64,000 nt of DNA from Phycisphaerae bacterium (GCA_963666925.2 CAXXTC010000005.1:64001-128000), one strand, 5' to 3'. Shown: positions 54,441 to 64,000, counted from the stretch's first letter. Notes: generated from the sequence alone by a model not told the origin. Translations and numbers: made by a program.

Positions 54441-56906
54441 ATGAAACCCAGCAAACCAAGCCCACGCGGGACGCTGGCGCTGACCGGCGTCGTTCTTGCC
54501 CTGACCATGTTCGGCGGTCTGGTGCCGCAGGTCGGCGCAGCCGACTGGCCACCCGCACCGCCGCTGGAAAGCGCCGTCGACAACCAGGCCGGCCGGATGC
54601 CACCCTCCGTAACCGCGGAGTTGCTGACTCCCGGACAGTGGCGCTGCACGTTCCACTTCAAGCCCGACCGCCCCATCGATCAGGTCGTGCTGGCCGGCAC
54701 ATTCAACAACTGGAATCGCGGCGCCAATCCGCTGAGTGACTTGGACGGCGACGGTGTCTGGACCGCGGCGATCGACCTGCCCGCCGGCGAGCACCTCTAC
54801 AAGTTCGTCATCAACAACGACGACTGGCGCCAGGACCCGGGCAACGAGGAGGGTGTCTACGACGGCCACGACGGATTGAACTCGGTGCTCCGCCTGGGCC
54901 GGGTCGCGAACATCCACAAGTCGACCGCACAGCAGGGCGACAGCGCCATCATGGCCCTGGCCCTGGAGCACGACCCGCAACGCCCGATCTACTTCCAGAC
55001 CGCCGGCACCAACCAGGCCCTCTTCCGCCTGCGCACGTTGGCCCACGACGTCGAGCGCATTTGGCTGGTTCTAAGCACTGGGATCCAGGCCGAGCTGGCC
55101 CGCGTGCGCGAGGATCCGCGTTTTGACTTGTGGGAAGTGCTCGTACCACTGCCGACGAAACCCGACCTGCACTACACCTTCCTGCTTCAGGACGGCACGT
55201 TGAAGGGCCACGACCCCCGGATCTATGGAGTTCCCGTGACCAAGGAAGCCTTCCACACGCCCGACTGGGCCAAGCACGCCATCTGGTACCAGATTTTCCC
55301 CGAGCGCTTTCGCAATGGCTCAACCGCCAACGACCCCGAAAACACCATCCCGTGGACCATGGACTGGTTCGCCCAGGCCCCCTGGGAAGGCACCGACGGC
55401 CAGAGCTTCTACAAGCACTTCGTTTTCTGGCGCCACTACGGCGGCGACATCCAGGGCATCCAGGAGAAGCTCCCCTACCTCAAGGAGCTGGGCGTCAACG
55501 CCATCTATCTAAACCCCGTCTTCATCGGCTGGAGCAACCACAAGTACGACGCCACCAACTACATGCACATCGACCCGCAGTTCGGCGTCAAGGACGACTA
55601 CGAACAGATCGCGGCCACCGAAGACCTGCTCGACCCGTCGACCTGGAAATGGACCGAGTCTGACAAGGTCTTCCTCAACTTCCTGAAGAAAGCCCACGAG
55701 TTGGGCTTCCGCGTCATCATCGACGGCGTATTCAACCACGTCGGCCAGCCGCACCCGGCCTTCCAGGACATCAAGAAGAACGGCCCCAAGTCACCCTACG
55801 CCGACTGGTTCAACGTCACGTCGTGGGATCCGTTCGAATTCACCGGCTGGGCCGGCTTCGACGCCCTGCCCGAGTTCAGGAAATCCGCCGACGGCCTGGC
55901 CAGCGAATCCCTCAAGCAACATCTCTTCAACATCACCCGCCGCTGGATGGACCCCGATGGCGACGGCGATCCCAGCGACGGTATCGACGGCTGGCGGCTC
56001 GACGTACCCAATGAAATCCCCGCACCGTTCTGGACCGAGTGGCGCCAAGTCGTCAAATCAACCAACCCCGACGCCTATATCACCGGCGAGATCTGGGACC
56101 AGGCCGACCAGTGGCTCGACGGCAAACACTTCGACGCCGTCATGAACTACGAGTTCGCCAAGGTAGTCTGCTCCTGGGTCTTCAACCACAAGTACAAAAT
56201 CTCGCCCAGCCGGGCTGACCAGCGCTTCCGTGAATTGCGGCTGGCCTACCCGCTGGAAGCCACACTCGTCGTGCAGAACCTCATGGACAGCCACGACACC
56301 GATCGCGTCGCGTCCATGGCGCACAACCCCGATCGCGGTTACGACGCCCAGAACCGCATCCAGGACAACGGCCCCAACTACGACAACTCCAAGCCGACGC
56401 CGACGGATTATCGCCGTGCCCGCCTCGCGCTCGTGATCCAGATAACCTCCATCGGCGCGCCCATGATCTACTACGGCGACGAGGTCGGCATGTGGGGCGC
56501 CGACGATCCCACCTGCCGCAAGCCGATGCTCTGGAAAGACCTCGAACCCTACGAGAAACCCGAGCTCAACTACGTCATGGACGACCAGCTCGCGTTCTAC
56601 AAGCTGGCCATCGCGCTGCGCAACGCGCACCCTGCCCTGCGCACCGGCTCGTTCCAGACGCTGCTCACCAACGACCAGCAGGACGTCTGGGCCTTCCTCC
56701 GCAAAGACGCCAACGAACAGCTCGTCGTCATGCTGAACGCATCCGACCGCGAGCAAACCGTCGATGTGCCGCTGCCGCTGGCGGCGCCGAACAAGTGGCA
56801 CGGCGTGTTCAATACCGACGCGACACTCGACACCGACGAGCACAAGCTGCACGTCACCGTCCCCGCGATCAGCGGAGTCGTCTTCCACGCGGCCACGCCC
56901 AAGTAG
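54441..56906 (+). CDS. Secreted GH13 alpha-amylase/neopullulanase-like enzyme with N-terminal CBM48
   Basis: Signal peptide, AGTFNNW CBM48, WYQIFPERF, DGVFNH, DGWRLDV, GEIW, SHD, YYGDE. Confidence 0.92.
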   Translation: MKPSKPSPRGTLALTGVVLALTMFGGLVPQVGAADWPPAPPLESAVDNQAGRMPPSVTAELLTPGQWRCTFHFKPDRPIDQVVLAGTFNNWNRGANPLSDLDGDGVWTAAIDLPAGEHLYKFVINNDDWRQDPGNEEGVYDGHDGLNSVLRLGRVANIHKSTAQQGDSAIMALALEHDPQRPIYFQTAGTNQALFRLRTLAHDVERIWLVLSTGIQAELARVREDPRFDLWEVLVPLPTKPDLHYTFLLQDGTLKGHDPRIYGVPVTKEAFHTPDWAKHAIWYQIFPERFRNGSTANDPENTIPWTMDWFAQAPWEGTDGQSFYKHFVFWRHYGGDIQGIQEKLPYLKELGVNAIYLNPVFIGWSNHKYDATNYMHIDPQFGVKDDYEQIAATEDLLDPSTWKWTESDKVFLNFLKKAHELGFRVIIDGVFNHVGQPHPAFQDIKKNGPKSPYADWFNVTSWDPFEFTGWAGFDALPEFRKSADGLASESLKQHLFNITRRWMDPDGDGDPSDGIDGWRLDVPNEIPAPFWTEWRQVVKSTNPDAYITGEIWDQADQWLDGKHFDAVMNYEFAKVVCSWVFNHKYKISPSRADQRFRELRLAYPLEATLVVQNLMDSHDTDRVASMAHNPDRGYDAQNRIQDNGPNYDNSKPTPTDYRRARLALVIQITSIGAPMIYYGDEVGMWGADDPTCRKPMLWKDLEPYEKPELNYVMDDQLAFYKLAIALRNAHPALRTGSFQTLLTNDQQDVWAFLRKDANEQLVVMLNASDREQTVDVPLPLAAPNKWHGVFNTDATLDTDEHKLHVTVPAISGVVFHAATPK

Positions 56907-56995
56907 CGTGCCATAGCGTCAGAGGCTCGATGAAACCGCAGCGCCGCAACCGTAACAAAAGCAACAGCCGCCGCGACGATGGCTGCTCGTTGACC

Positions 56996-58516
56996 ATGCG
57001 CTCGGCCGGCATTCTGCTGCACCCGACCTCGCTACCCGGCCCGCACGGCACCGGCGACGTCGGCCCGGCCGCCCGCGACTTCGTCAACTGGCTCGCCGCC
57101 GCCGGCCAACGCTGGTGGCAGATGCTCCCGGTCGGGCCGGTCGGAGCCGGCAATTCGCCCTACAGCGCCCTCTCCGCATTCGCCGGCAGCCCGCTGCTCA
57201 TCAGCCTCGAACACCTCGCCGACGACGGCCTGCTCTCACAGCGTGATATCCGCCCCGTCCGCGGCCTCAGCGCCGACCACGTCAACTATTCGGCCGTCGA
57301 ACGGTTCAAGCTCACCCGCCTGCGGCGCGCCGCCGACGCTTTCATCCACGCGGGCGGCCTGCAAAGCCAGCCCTTCCGCGAATTCTGCGAGCGCGAGAGC
57401 TACTGGCTCGACGACCACGCTCTCTACACCGCCATCCGCAAGCAGCAAGGCGGCAAGTTCTGGACGCGCTGGCCCAAGCCGCTGCGCCTGCGTCACAAAC
57501 CCGCGCTGCGCGCCGCCGCCGACCAGCTCGCTGCCGACGTCAACTTCGAACGCTTCGTGCAATTCGAGTTCGATCGGCAATGGCGCGACCTGCGCCGCGC
57601 CGCCAACGACGCCGGCATCGCTCTCATCGGCGACATCCCCTTTTTCGTCTCGCACGACAGCAGCGACGTCTGGGCCCAGCGTCCACTCTTCGACCTCTTG
57701 CCCGATGGGCGGGCACGCACCATCTCCGGCGTGCCACCGGACTGCTTTAGCAAGACCGGCCAACGCTGGGGACACCCGCAATACAGTTGGCACCGCCACG
57801 AGAAGACCGGGTTCGCGTGGTGGATCGCTCGCTTCGCACGCATCTTCAGCCTGTTCGACGCCGTCCGCATCGACCACTTCCTCGGGTTCTACCGCGTCTG
57901 GTCGGTGCCGGGGCACCACCGCACCGCCAAGAACGGCACCTGGAAACGCACCCCGGGCAACAAGCTCCTCAGCACGCTTCAACGCCAGCTCGGCGAGCTG
58001 CGCATCATCGCCGAAGATCTCGGCGTGGTGACTGACGCGGCCTTCGCGCTGCGCGACCGCTTCGGCTTCCCCGGCATGCGGCTCGTGCACTTCGCCTTCG
58101 GCAACGATACCGGCGACCGCTACAACCAGCCCCACAGCCATCCGCCCAACTGCGTCGCCTATCCCGGCACGCACGACAACGAGACCACCGTCCAGTGGCT
58201 CGACCGCCTGCGCCGCGAAGATCGCCGCAGCCGAAAGGGCGAGTTCACCCCCTGGCAGCGCCTGCTCCGCTACCTCGGCCCGACCAGCCGGGAACTGCAC
58301 TGGGACGTCATCCGCTTGGTACAGGGCTCATCCGCGAACCTGGCGATCATCCCGCTCCAGGACGCACTCGGGCTCGGAGCCGCCGCCCGCATGAACATCC
58401 CCGCCACCACGCGCGGCAACTGGGAATGGCGCGTCAGTCGCCGGGCTCTGACCAACCGCGTCGCCGCCCGCCTGCGCGAACTGGCCGACGCCTTCGGCCG
58501 CAATACGAACGGCTGA
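56996..58516 (+). CDS. malQ: 4-alpha-glucanotransferase (amylomaltase, GH77)
   Basis: GILLHPTSLP, SPY, GVPPD.FS.TGQ.WG.P, RIDHF, IAEDLG, GTHDN. Alternative start at 56930. Confidence 0.95.
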   Translation: MRSAGILLHPTSLPGPHGTGDVGPAARDFVNWLAAAGQRWWQMLPVGPVGAGNSPYSALSAFAGSPLLISLEHLADDGLLSQRDIRPVRGLSADHVNYSAVERFKLTRLRRAADAFIHAGGLQSQPFREFCERESYWLDDHALYTAIRKQQGGKFWTRWPKPLRLRHKPALRAAADQLAADVNFERFVQFEFDRQWRDLRRAANDAGIALIGDIPFFVSHDSSDVWAQRPLFDLLPDGRARTISGVPPDCFSKTGQRWGHPQYSWHRHEKTGFAWWIARFARIFSLFDAVRIDHFLGFYRVWSVPGHHRTAKNGTWKRTPGNKLLSTLQRQLGELRIIAEDLGVVTDAAFALRDRFGFPGMRLVHFAFGNDTGDRYNQPHSHPPNCVAYPGTHDNETTVQWLDRLRREDRRSRKGEFTPWQRLLRYLGPTSRELHWDVIRLVQGSSANLAIIPLQDALGLGAAARMNIPATTRGNWEWRVSRRALTNRVAARLRELADAFGRNTNG

Positions 58517-58538
58517 TTCTCCGCGCCAATTCAGCAGG

Positions 58539-59606
58539 TCACTTGCGCAGCTCGATCAAGTGGGTTTCCTGCGCCTCGGCCACGTCTCCCACGACCCACA
58601 ACGGCTGATCGGCCGCCGCGAACGCCGCCGTCAGTCGATCCAACTGCTCCGGCGCTACCGCGGCCAGCAATCCACCCGACGTCTCGGGCGTCATCAGCAG
58701 ATTCAGCAGCTCTTCACTGACGCCTGGGTCACAATGCACGTGCTCCTCGAACGCCTGCTTGTTGGTCGTGGTCCCGGCCGGGAACAGCCACATGTCCGCA
58801 TACTCTTCCGCCCCGGGCAAAAACGGGATCTGGTCAGCATAGAAACGCAACTGCACGTTGCCCCGCTCCGCCATCTCGCTCCCATGGCCGAGCAGCGCGA
58901 ATCCGGTCACGTCCGTACACGCATGCACGCTGCCCGTCGCCATCAGCAGCTCCGCTGCCTGCTTGTTGAGCTTCAGCATCGACGCGATAGCCGCATCGAC
59001 GTGCGCCGACTCCGCTTCGCCCGCTTTCAGCACGGTCGTCACAATGCCCACGCCCAGCGGCTTGGTCAGCACCAGCAGATCCCCCGGCCGCGCGCCGCCC
59101 TTGGTCCACACCCGCCCCGGATGCACAAACCCAATGGCCGCCAAGCCGTACTTGGGCTCGCGATCATCCACCGAATGCCCGCCGACCAAGCAGCCGCCCG
59201 ACTCGCGCACCTTGTCCGCCCCGCCGCGCAAAATCTCCGTAATCAGCTCCGGCGGCAGGCACTCCGACAAACAGCAGATATTCAGCGCCAGCGCAACCTG
59301 CCCCCCCATCGCGTACACGTCACTCAGCGCATTAGTCGCCGCGATCGCACCGTACGTGTAGGCGTCGTCAACAATCGGCGTGAAGAAATCCAGCGTTACG
59401 ATCAGGGCCGTCTCGTCATTGATGCGATAGACGGCTGCATCGTCGCGCACCTCCCCCAGACCCACGATGAGCTGCGGATACAGTTCCGCGGGAAACAGAT
59501 CACCCAGTGGACGCAGAACCTGCGCCAGCGCCTCAGGCGCCATTTTCGCCGCTCAGCCGGCGGCCTTGGTCATCTGCGTCAAACGTATCCGTTGGGCGTC
59601 AGACAT
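58539..59606 (-). CDS. selD: Selenide, water dikinase (selenophosphate synthetase), selenoprotein with Sec at codon 18
   Basis: Extending upstream through the in-frame TGA (59553-59555) gives MSDAQRIRLTQMTKAAG-U-AAKMAP. Also DDAAVY, DFFTP, NALSDVYAMGG, GGHS, TDVTGF, PETSGGLL. Confidence 0.95.
59509..59526 (-). promoter_or_regulatory. Putative bacterial SECIS hairpin of selD
   Basis: mRNA GGCGCAG-GUU-CUGCGUCC, loop about 33 nt 3' of the UGA with G at the loop start; resembles the E. coli fdhF GCAGGUCUGC apical hairpin. Confidence 0.7.
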
Positions 59607-59725
59607 CTCAGCCTCAACCAGATTCCCTGCACTGCGCGAGCCACGCACTCGCGCCCTTGATTCTCCCTGCCACACGGCCCCGTGGCCAGCCATAAGCGTA
59701 CATTCTCAAAAGTCCCACATCCCAA

Positions 59726-59795
59726 GTGGGGCGGGCGTCCCGCCCGCCATGCCTCGATTGTCTAACGGAGACGGCGGGCGAGACGCCCGCCCCAC
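59726..59795. repeat. Inverted pair of REP palindromes (BIME-like)
   Basis: gtggggcgggcgtcccgcccgcc (59726-59748) and ggcgggcgagacgcccgccccac (59773-59795) are reverse complements with one mismatch; each is itself a hairpin. Confidence 0.85.
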
Positions 59796-59836
59796 CTCGT
59801 ATAAGAGGCAAACAGCATAAGAGAACATACCAGCAT

Positions 59837-60061
59837 TCAATCCAACAATTCGATGCGATCGATCTCCAGGCCGACCACCGTCAACGCTTCCTGCGCCGCC
59901 TCCTGCTCACCAGCCAATATGCGCACCGCCGAGCCGCAATCGCTGCTCAGATGCCGCGGCGTCGGCACCAGCTTCACCGTCAGGTCCGCTCGCTTCAGCA
60001 CACGCTCCGCCTGGATCGCGTGGCTGGTCGTATGAACCAGTATCACCGCGAATTCAGCCAT
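59837..60061 (-). CDS. DUF3343 putative Se/S carrier protein
   Basis: HTTSHAIQAERVLK...LVPTPRHLSSDCGSA; start overlaps the desulfurase stop region. Confidence 0.85.
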   Translation of the reverse strand: MAEFAVILVHTTSHAIQAERVLKRADLTVKLVPTPRHLSSDCGSAVRILAGEQEAAQEALTVVGLEIDRIELLD

Positions 60062-61214
60062 GCGCCCCCCCTGCCGCCAGCCGTGCGACCGCCGCACATA
60101 CCTGGGCAATATCCTCCCGCGTCGTAAACGGCCCCGGCGCCAGACGCACCGTCCCCGCCGGCAGCGTCCCCAACGTCCGATGTGCCCGCGGCGCACAGTG
60201 CAGCCCGGGCCGACACATGATTCCGAAATGCTCATCAAACTGCTGCGCCACCTGCCCGGGCGCCATGTCCGCGAGCGTGAAAGACACCGCCGCCGTCTGC
60301 CGACGCGCATCCAGTGTCCCCAGTACGCGCACCCCCGCAATCCGCCGCAATCCATCAATCAACTGCGCTGTCAGCTCCTCCTCATGTGTTCGGATCGCCG
60401 CCCGCCCGTGCTCGTTGATGTACTCCAGACCCGCCAGTAGCCCCGCCAGCCCCATGATGTTCGGCGTACCCGGCTCGTACTTGTCCGGCAAAACCTCCGG
60501 CTGCGTCTCGTGCTCTGATTTCGAACCTGTGCCACCCTGCATCAGCGGCGGCAGACGCGCCGGGTCGAATTCGTCCGCCAACGCCAGCCCACCCGTCCCA
60601 GTCGGCCCCAGCAAGCTCTTGTGCCCCGTAAACGCCAACAGATCGATCTGGTCCGCCGCCATGTCGATCGGCAGCGTCCCCGCCGTCTGGGCCGCATCGA
60701 CCAGCAGCGGCACACCCCGGGCGCGGGTCAGTGCCCCGATCTCACGAATCGGCAGAATCGTCCCGCACACGTTCGACGCGTGGTTCACCACGCACAGCCG
60801 GGTCGTCGGACGCAGACGATCACGCAACTGGTCAACGTTCAGCGTCCCGTCCGGCCCACACGCGACGATGCTTAGCTCCACACCGCGTTTCTCGGCCGCC
60901 CGCAGGGGCCGCATGGTGGCGTTGTGCTCCATGCCGGTCGTGACAACGTGATCGCCCGGCTCGAGCAGGCCGTGAATCACGAAATTGAGCGCCGCCGTCG
61001 CGTTCAGCATAAACACCGCGCGCAGCGGGTCACGCACATTGAATAACTCCGCCAGCGCCGCCCGACAGTCGAACCGCACCCGCTCGGCCTCGTTGGCGAG
61101 CCGATGCCCACTACGCCCTGGAGACGCGCCCACGTCGCGCAGGAAGCGCGTCACCGCATCCGCCACCGCCGGCGGCTTCGGCCACGACGTCGCCGCATTA
61201 TCCAGGTAAATCAT
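60054..61214 (-). CDS. Cysteine desulfurase / selenocysteine lyase (class V PLP enzyme)
   Basis: IYLDNAATSWPKP, EHNA, HASNVCG, DAAQTAG, FTGHKSLLGP, RPGLHCAP. Confidence 0.92.
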   Translation of the reverse strand: MIYLDNAATSWPKPPAVADAVTRFLRDVGASPGRSGHRLANEAERVRFDCRAALAELFNVRDPLRAVFMLNATAALNFVIHGLLEPGDHVVTTGMEHNATMRPLRAAEKRGVELSIVACGPDGTLNVDQLRDRLRPTTRLCVVNHASNVCGTILPIREIGALTRARGVPLLVDAAQTAGTLPIDMAADQIDLLAFTGHKSLLGPTGTGGLALADEFDPARLPPLMQGGTGSKSEHETQPEVLPDKYEPGTPNIMGLAGLLAGLEYINEHGRAAIRTHEEELTAQLIDGLRRIAGVRVLGTLDARRQTAAVSFTLADMAPGQVAQQFDEHFGIMCRPGLHCAPRAHRTLGTLPAGTVRLAPGPFTTREDIAQVCAAVARLAAGGAHG

Positions 61215-61228
61215 CAGCGCACCCGGGC

Positions 61229-61444
61229 TCAAGCCTTAAGCAGCGTCAGCTCAAACACGTCGTCCTTTTCCTCGTAGCTGACCTGCCAGCCGAGCTTCTC
61301 GGCCGCCCTCGTGCAGTTGTGCACCTGCGTCATCGTATCAACCAGCACCGTGACCTGGTCGCCGCCCCCCTGTTGGAGCGCCTTGCGCGTCAGAATCACC
61401 GGCTGCGGACACGACAACCCCCGCGCATCAACCGTTTCTCCCAT
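61229..61444 (-). CDS. TusA/SirA (YedF-like) sulfur/selenium carrier
   Basis: VDARGLSCPQPV (CPxP) motif; GGAGG RBS. Confidence 0.9.
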   Translation of the reverse strand: MGETVDARGLSCPQPVILTRKALQQGGGDQVTVLVDTMTQVHNCTRAAEKLGWQVSYEEKDDVFELTLLKA

Positions 61445-61448
61445 GACG

Positions 61449-62540
61449 TTACCTCCCGAGCGCCAGCCGCTCGCGCCCCATGAAGCCAATAATAAGAACC
61501 ACAACAAAGCCGATTACGACGATGTACGGTGCCGTCGGCTGCGCCGCGACCATCATGAAATTGTGCGCCACGGCCGCCCCCGTCAGCATGCCCAGGATGA
61601 AAACGGCCGCATCGGCATCACCCTCTCCGGAGAGGAACACCTGTCGCCCCGGACACCCCCCCGCCAGCGTAAACGACAGCCCCGCCAGCACCATGCCGGC
61701 AAAGTTCAGCCAGTGCGTCGTGTGAGCCGCCGGCTGACCCTCAAACCCCGGATGAAACTGCTTGAAGAACTGGTTCAGGACAAAGGCCGCCACCAGAAAA
61801 GCCAGCACACCCGAAAAGAGATGAAAATCGCGCATCAATATCAGATCTCGCAGCCCGCCCACGGTACAAAACCGCGTCCGCTGCGCCAGGAACCCGATGA
61901 ACAGGGCGACCAGCGTTGATACCCAGGCAGCGGCATGGACGGCGCCCGCCCCTTTTGTGCTGGCGAACAGTGCTACGTTCGCGTCAGCGGGGCCAAACTT
62001 CGGATATGTGAATGCCAATATCAATAACACCACCATCACGAACGGCATGGCCAGCCCGGTGACGGTCCGCGCAGGTGATGATCGCCCCAGGCTGAAACCC
62101 GCCCGCAGGAACCCAACACCTATTGATATGCCAACGATCAATCCCCCCAACCCCAGGATGGCATTCCAGTCGCCACCGGCCAGCCGCAACAGCGCCCGCC
62201 ACGGACAACCCAGGAAGATGAGCGCCCCGATCATAGCAAACATTCCAAGAATGAAACGCACCACTGGTGCGGAGCCTGTTCGCGGCCTGAATTCGCCGAA
62301 AATCAGGGCGGCCAGGAACGATCCCAGGCAAAATGCGGGGATTTCGGGCCGGAGATATTGCACGATCGCCGCCCGATGCAGGCCCAGCGCCCCGGCGATA
62401 TCCCGTGTGAAACAGGCCACGCAAATGCCCATATTGGCGGGATTTCCCCAATATTGAAGGGTGGCGGCCAAGCTCCCAATGATCAGGCCGACCGCAATAA
62501 TCCCCCCCAATGTGGCAAATAGATCAGTTGGTTTTTTCAT
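61449..62540 (-). CDS. yedE: YedE/YeeE-family putative selenium transporter
   Basis: GNPANMGICVACF.RDIAG, FLGCPWR, QRTRFC..G, GGCPGRQ; multiple TM segments. Confidence 0.9.
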   Translation of the reverse strand: MKKPTDLFATLGGIIAVGLIIGSLAATLQYWGNPANMGICVACFTRDIAGALGLHRAAIVQYLRPEIPAFCLGSFLAALIFGEFRPRTGSAPVVRFILGMFAMIGALIFLGCPWRALLRLAGGDWNAILGLGGLIVGISIGVGFLRAGFSLGRSSPARTVTGLAMPFVMVVLLILAFTYPKFGPADANVALFASTKGAGAVHAAAWVSTLVALFIGFLAQRTRFCTVGGLRDLILMRDFHLFSGVLAFLVAAFVLNQFFKQFHPGFEGQPAAHTTHWLNFAGMVLAGLSFTLAGGCPGRQVFLSGEGDADAAVFILGMLTGAAVAHNFMMVAAQPTAPYIVVIGFVVVLIIGFMGRERLALGR

Positions 62541-63002
62541 GGCGCACCACTCCTGGCTGTTTAGGGTATGAGCAGCGATCAGATGGGAGGAGGGTTGGAG
62601 ACCGGCGCAGAAGGTCTAGGCGGCGCGGAACGCACCGCTGGCGCGGCAGGCGGAAAATGCCTCGCGACCCTGAACCAGGGTCGACATTCGCAGCACTCAT
62701 GTTCGTTGCGGCATCATCATGCCGACAGTCTCCAAACACGCGAGGTTGACAAGCTCATCGTCCCGAAGTGTAGCACTTCGCCCGGATGCCCACAACAACG
62801 GTCCGACCGCCCACCAGACCCCCGACAGCCGCATGGGGCGGCACCATTTTTCCGGCGCGCCCCCCTTTCTTTTCGATCCATGCTCCGTACACTATCGGAC
62901 GAAAGATGGGAGGAACGGTCGCCTGGCGCGGTGCGCGGCCGGATGACACGGATTGTCGCCCTCCCCCAGCATTACACAACCATCAGGACAGGAGAAGCGG
63001 TC

Positions 63003-64000
63003 ATGATCAGACAACTATGTCGGAAATCCATACTCGGTATGCTCGTAGTCACCGTGCTGGCCGTTCCGGCGCTGGCCGACGACGCTCGCTCGGACGAGCA
63101 GACGGCGGCCAGACTGGAGGCGCTCATCGCCTCCCAGCAACAGCGCATCGACAACCTCGAACAACAAGCAGCGGCTATGTCGGCCCAGGACCAGGGTACT
63201 GTCCGGGCGGAAGCGATGAAGCAGCAGATTCGCGAAGTGCTCAGCGAAGCTGAGTTCCGTGAGAGCCTGATGCCCTCCACACTCCAGGCGGGCTACGACG
63301 ACGGCTTCTTCATCCGCAGCAGCGACAACAACTTCCTGATGAAGTTCTTCGGCCGCATCCAGTTCCGCTACACCTACTATTCGACCCGTAGCGAGAACCA
63401 TTACCTCGTCCCCGGCTTCCGGCGCCATGACCGGTCCGGGTTCGATGCTGCCCGCGTACGTTTTGGTGTGCGCGGCCACGCCTACACGCCGGATCTGACT
63501 TACTGCCTGGAGCTCGAGGCTGATGAAGCTGACGGCTACGACTTCGTCCTGAGCGGAATCGAAGTCAACTATCACTTCTGCGACGAGTTCCAGATGACCG
63601 CCGGTCTGATGAAGCTCGCCTCGATGCGTTCCTCAATGACTTCGGATGCCAACCTCCAGTTCGTCGAGCGTCCCATGGTCGACGCGGTCTTTGCCGCCGG
63701 CTACGGCATCGGTCTACGTTTCTGGGGTCAGCTCTTTGACCAGCGGCTCACCTACTACCTGGATATCGCGAACTCGATGACCAACGGTGAAGGCGCCGGT
63801 GCCGGGGCCACCATCCGCAACGACGAAGTCAACCAGCTCGATGGCAACCCCGCGATCCTCTTCCGCACCGTTTATCACGTTATGGGAGAAGATGCCGACA
63901 CCTTCGCGTGCCAGGCTGACCATAATCATTGCCAGGAACCCGGCCTGGACATCGGCTTCCACTACGCCTTCAACGAAGACTACCAGGACGCCATCACCAG
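63003..64000 (+). CDS. Outer-membrane porin (OprO/P-like), 3' partial
   Basis: Not in the ORF track because it runs off the window. ATG 63003 with AGGAG RBS; MIRQLCRKSILGMLVVTVLAVPALA signal, coiled coil, AGYDDGFFIRS, GRIQFRY, LQFVERP. Confidence 0.8.
   Translation, partial: MIRQLCRKSILGMLVVTVLAVPALADDARSDEQTAARLEALIASQQQRIDNLEQQAAAMSAQDQGTVRAEAMKQQIREVLSEAEFRESLMPSTLQAGYDDGFFIRSSDNNFLMKFFGRIQFRYTYYSTRSENHYLVPGFRRHDRSGFDAARVRFGVRGHAYTPDLTYCLELEADEADGYDFVLSGIEVNYHFCDEFQMTAGLMKLASMRSSMTSDANLQFVERPMVDAVFAAGYGIGLRFWGQLFDQRLTYYLDIANSMTNGEGAGAGATIRNDEVNQLDGNPAILFRTVYHVMGEDADTFACQADHNHCQEPGLDIGFHYAFNEDYQDAIT

Noticed and set aside
62560..63000. tRNA-Sec (selC) or riboswitch next to the sel operon
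   Set aside because: No TCA anticodon arm with a GTTCGA T-loop cloverleaf, and no recognisable aptamer by eye; an Infernal scan would be decisive.

Overview
GC-rich bacterial chromosomal window. It is probably from Planctomycetota (Phycisphaerae-like); this is inferred from a C-terminal 'GDMNCD..VNFDDIDPF' dockerin-like repeat, the porin type, the AtpA insert and the REP families. About 60 genes are present. The main blocks are: (1) hypCDEAB-hoxFUYHW plus a receiver protein, a group 3d bidirectional NAD-linked [NiFe] hydrogenase locus lacking hypF; (2) an LPS inner-core cluster (tlyA-like, waaF, two Kdo/WaaP-type kinases, GT4); (3) a minus-strand run of Sm-like protein, Ala-Glu epimerase, rnpA, GT28, GT2 and a BshC-like ligase; (4) housekeeping genes recO, LON-N, M48 and trpF; (5) an F1Fo ATP synthase operon with no atpC, a leader-bearing c subunit and a frameshifted atpF tail; (6) a maltodextrin locus (fused SBP-permease, secreted GH13, malQ) interrupted by a four-helix-bundle remnant flanked by heptamer repeats; (7) a selenium operon yedE-tusA-csd/SCL-DUF3343-selD, in which selD carries an in-frame UGA (Sec18) and a SECIS-like hairpin missed by the ORF track. 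The leading speculative leads are a possible C-terminal-Sec FmdB zinc-ribbon protein beside the hydrogenase, a GT2+BshC-like pair suggesting a non-canonical low-molecular-weight thiol, and the heptamer-flanked four-helix-bundle element. No rRNA, tRNA or CRISPR array was seen. All family calls are by motif recognition; no database search was run.
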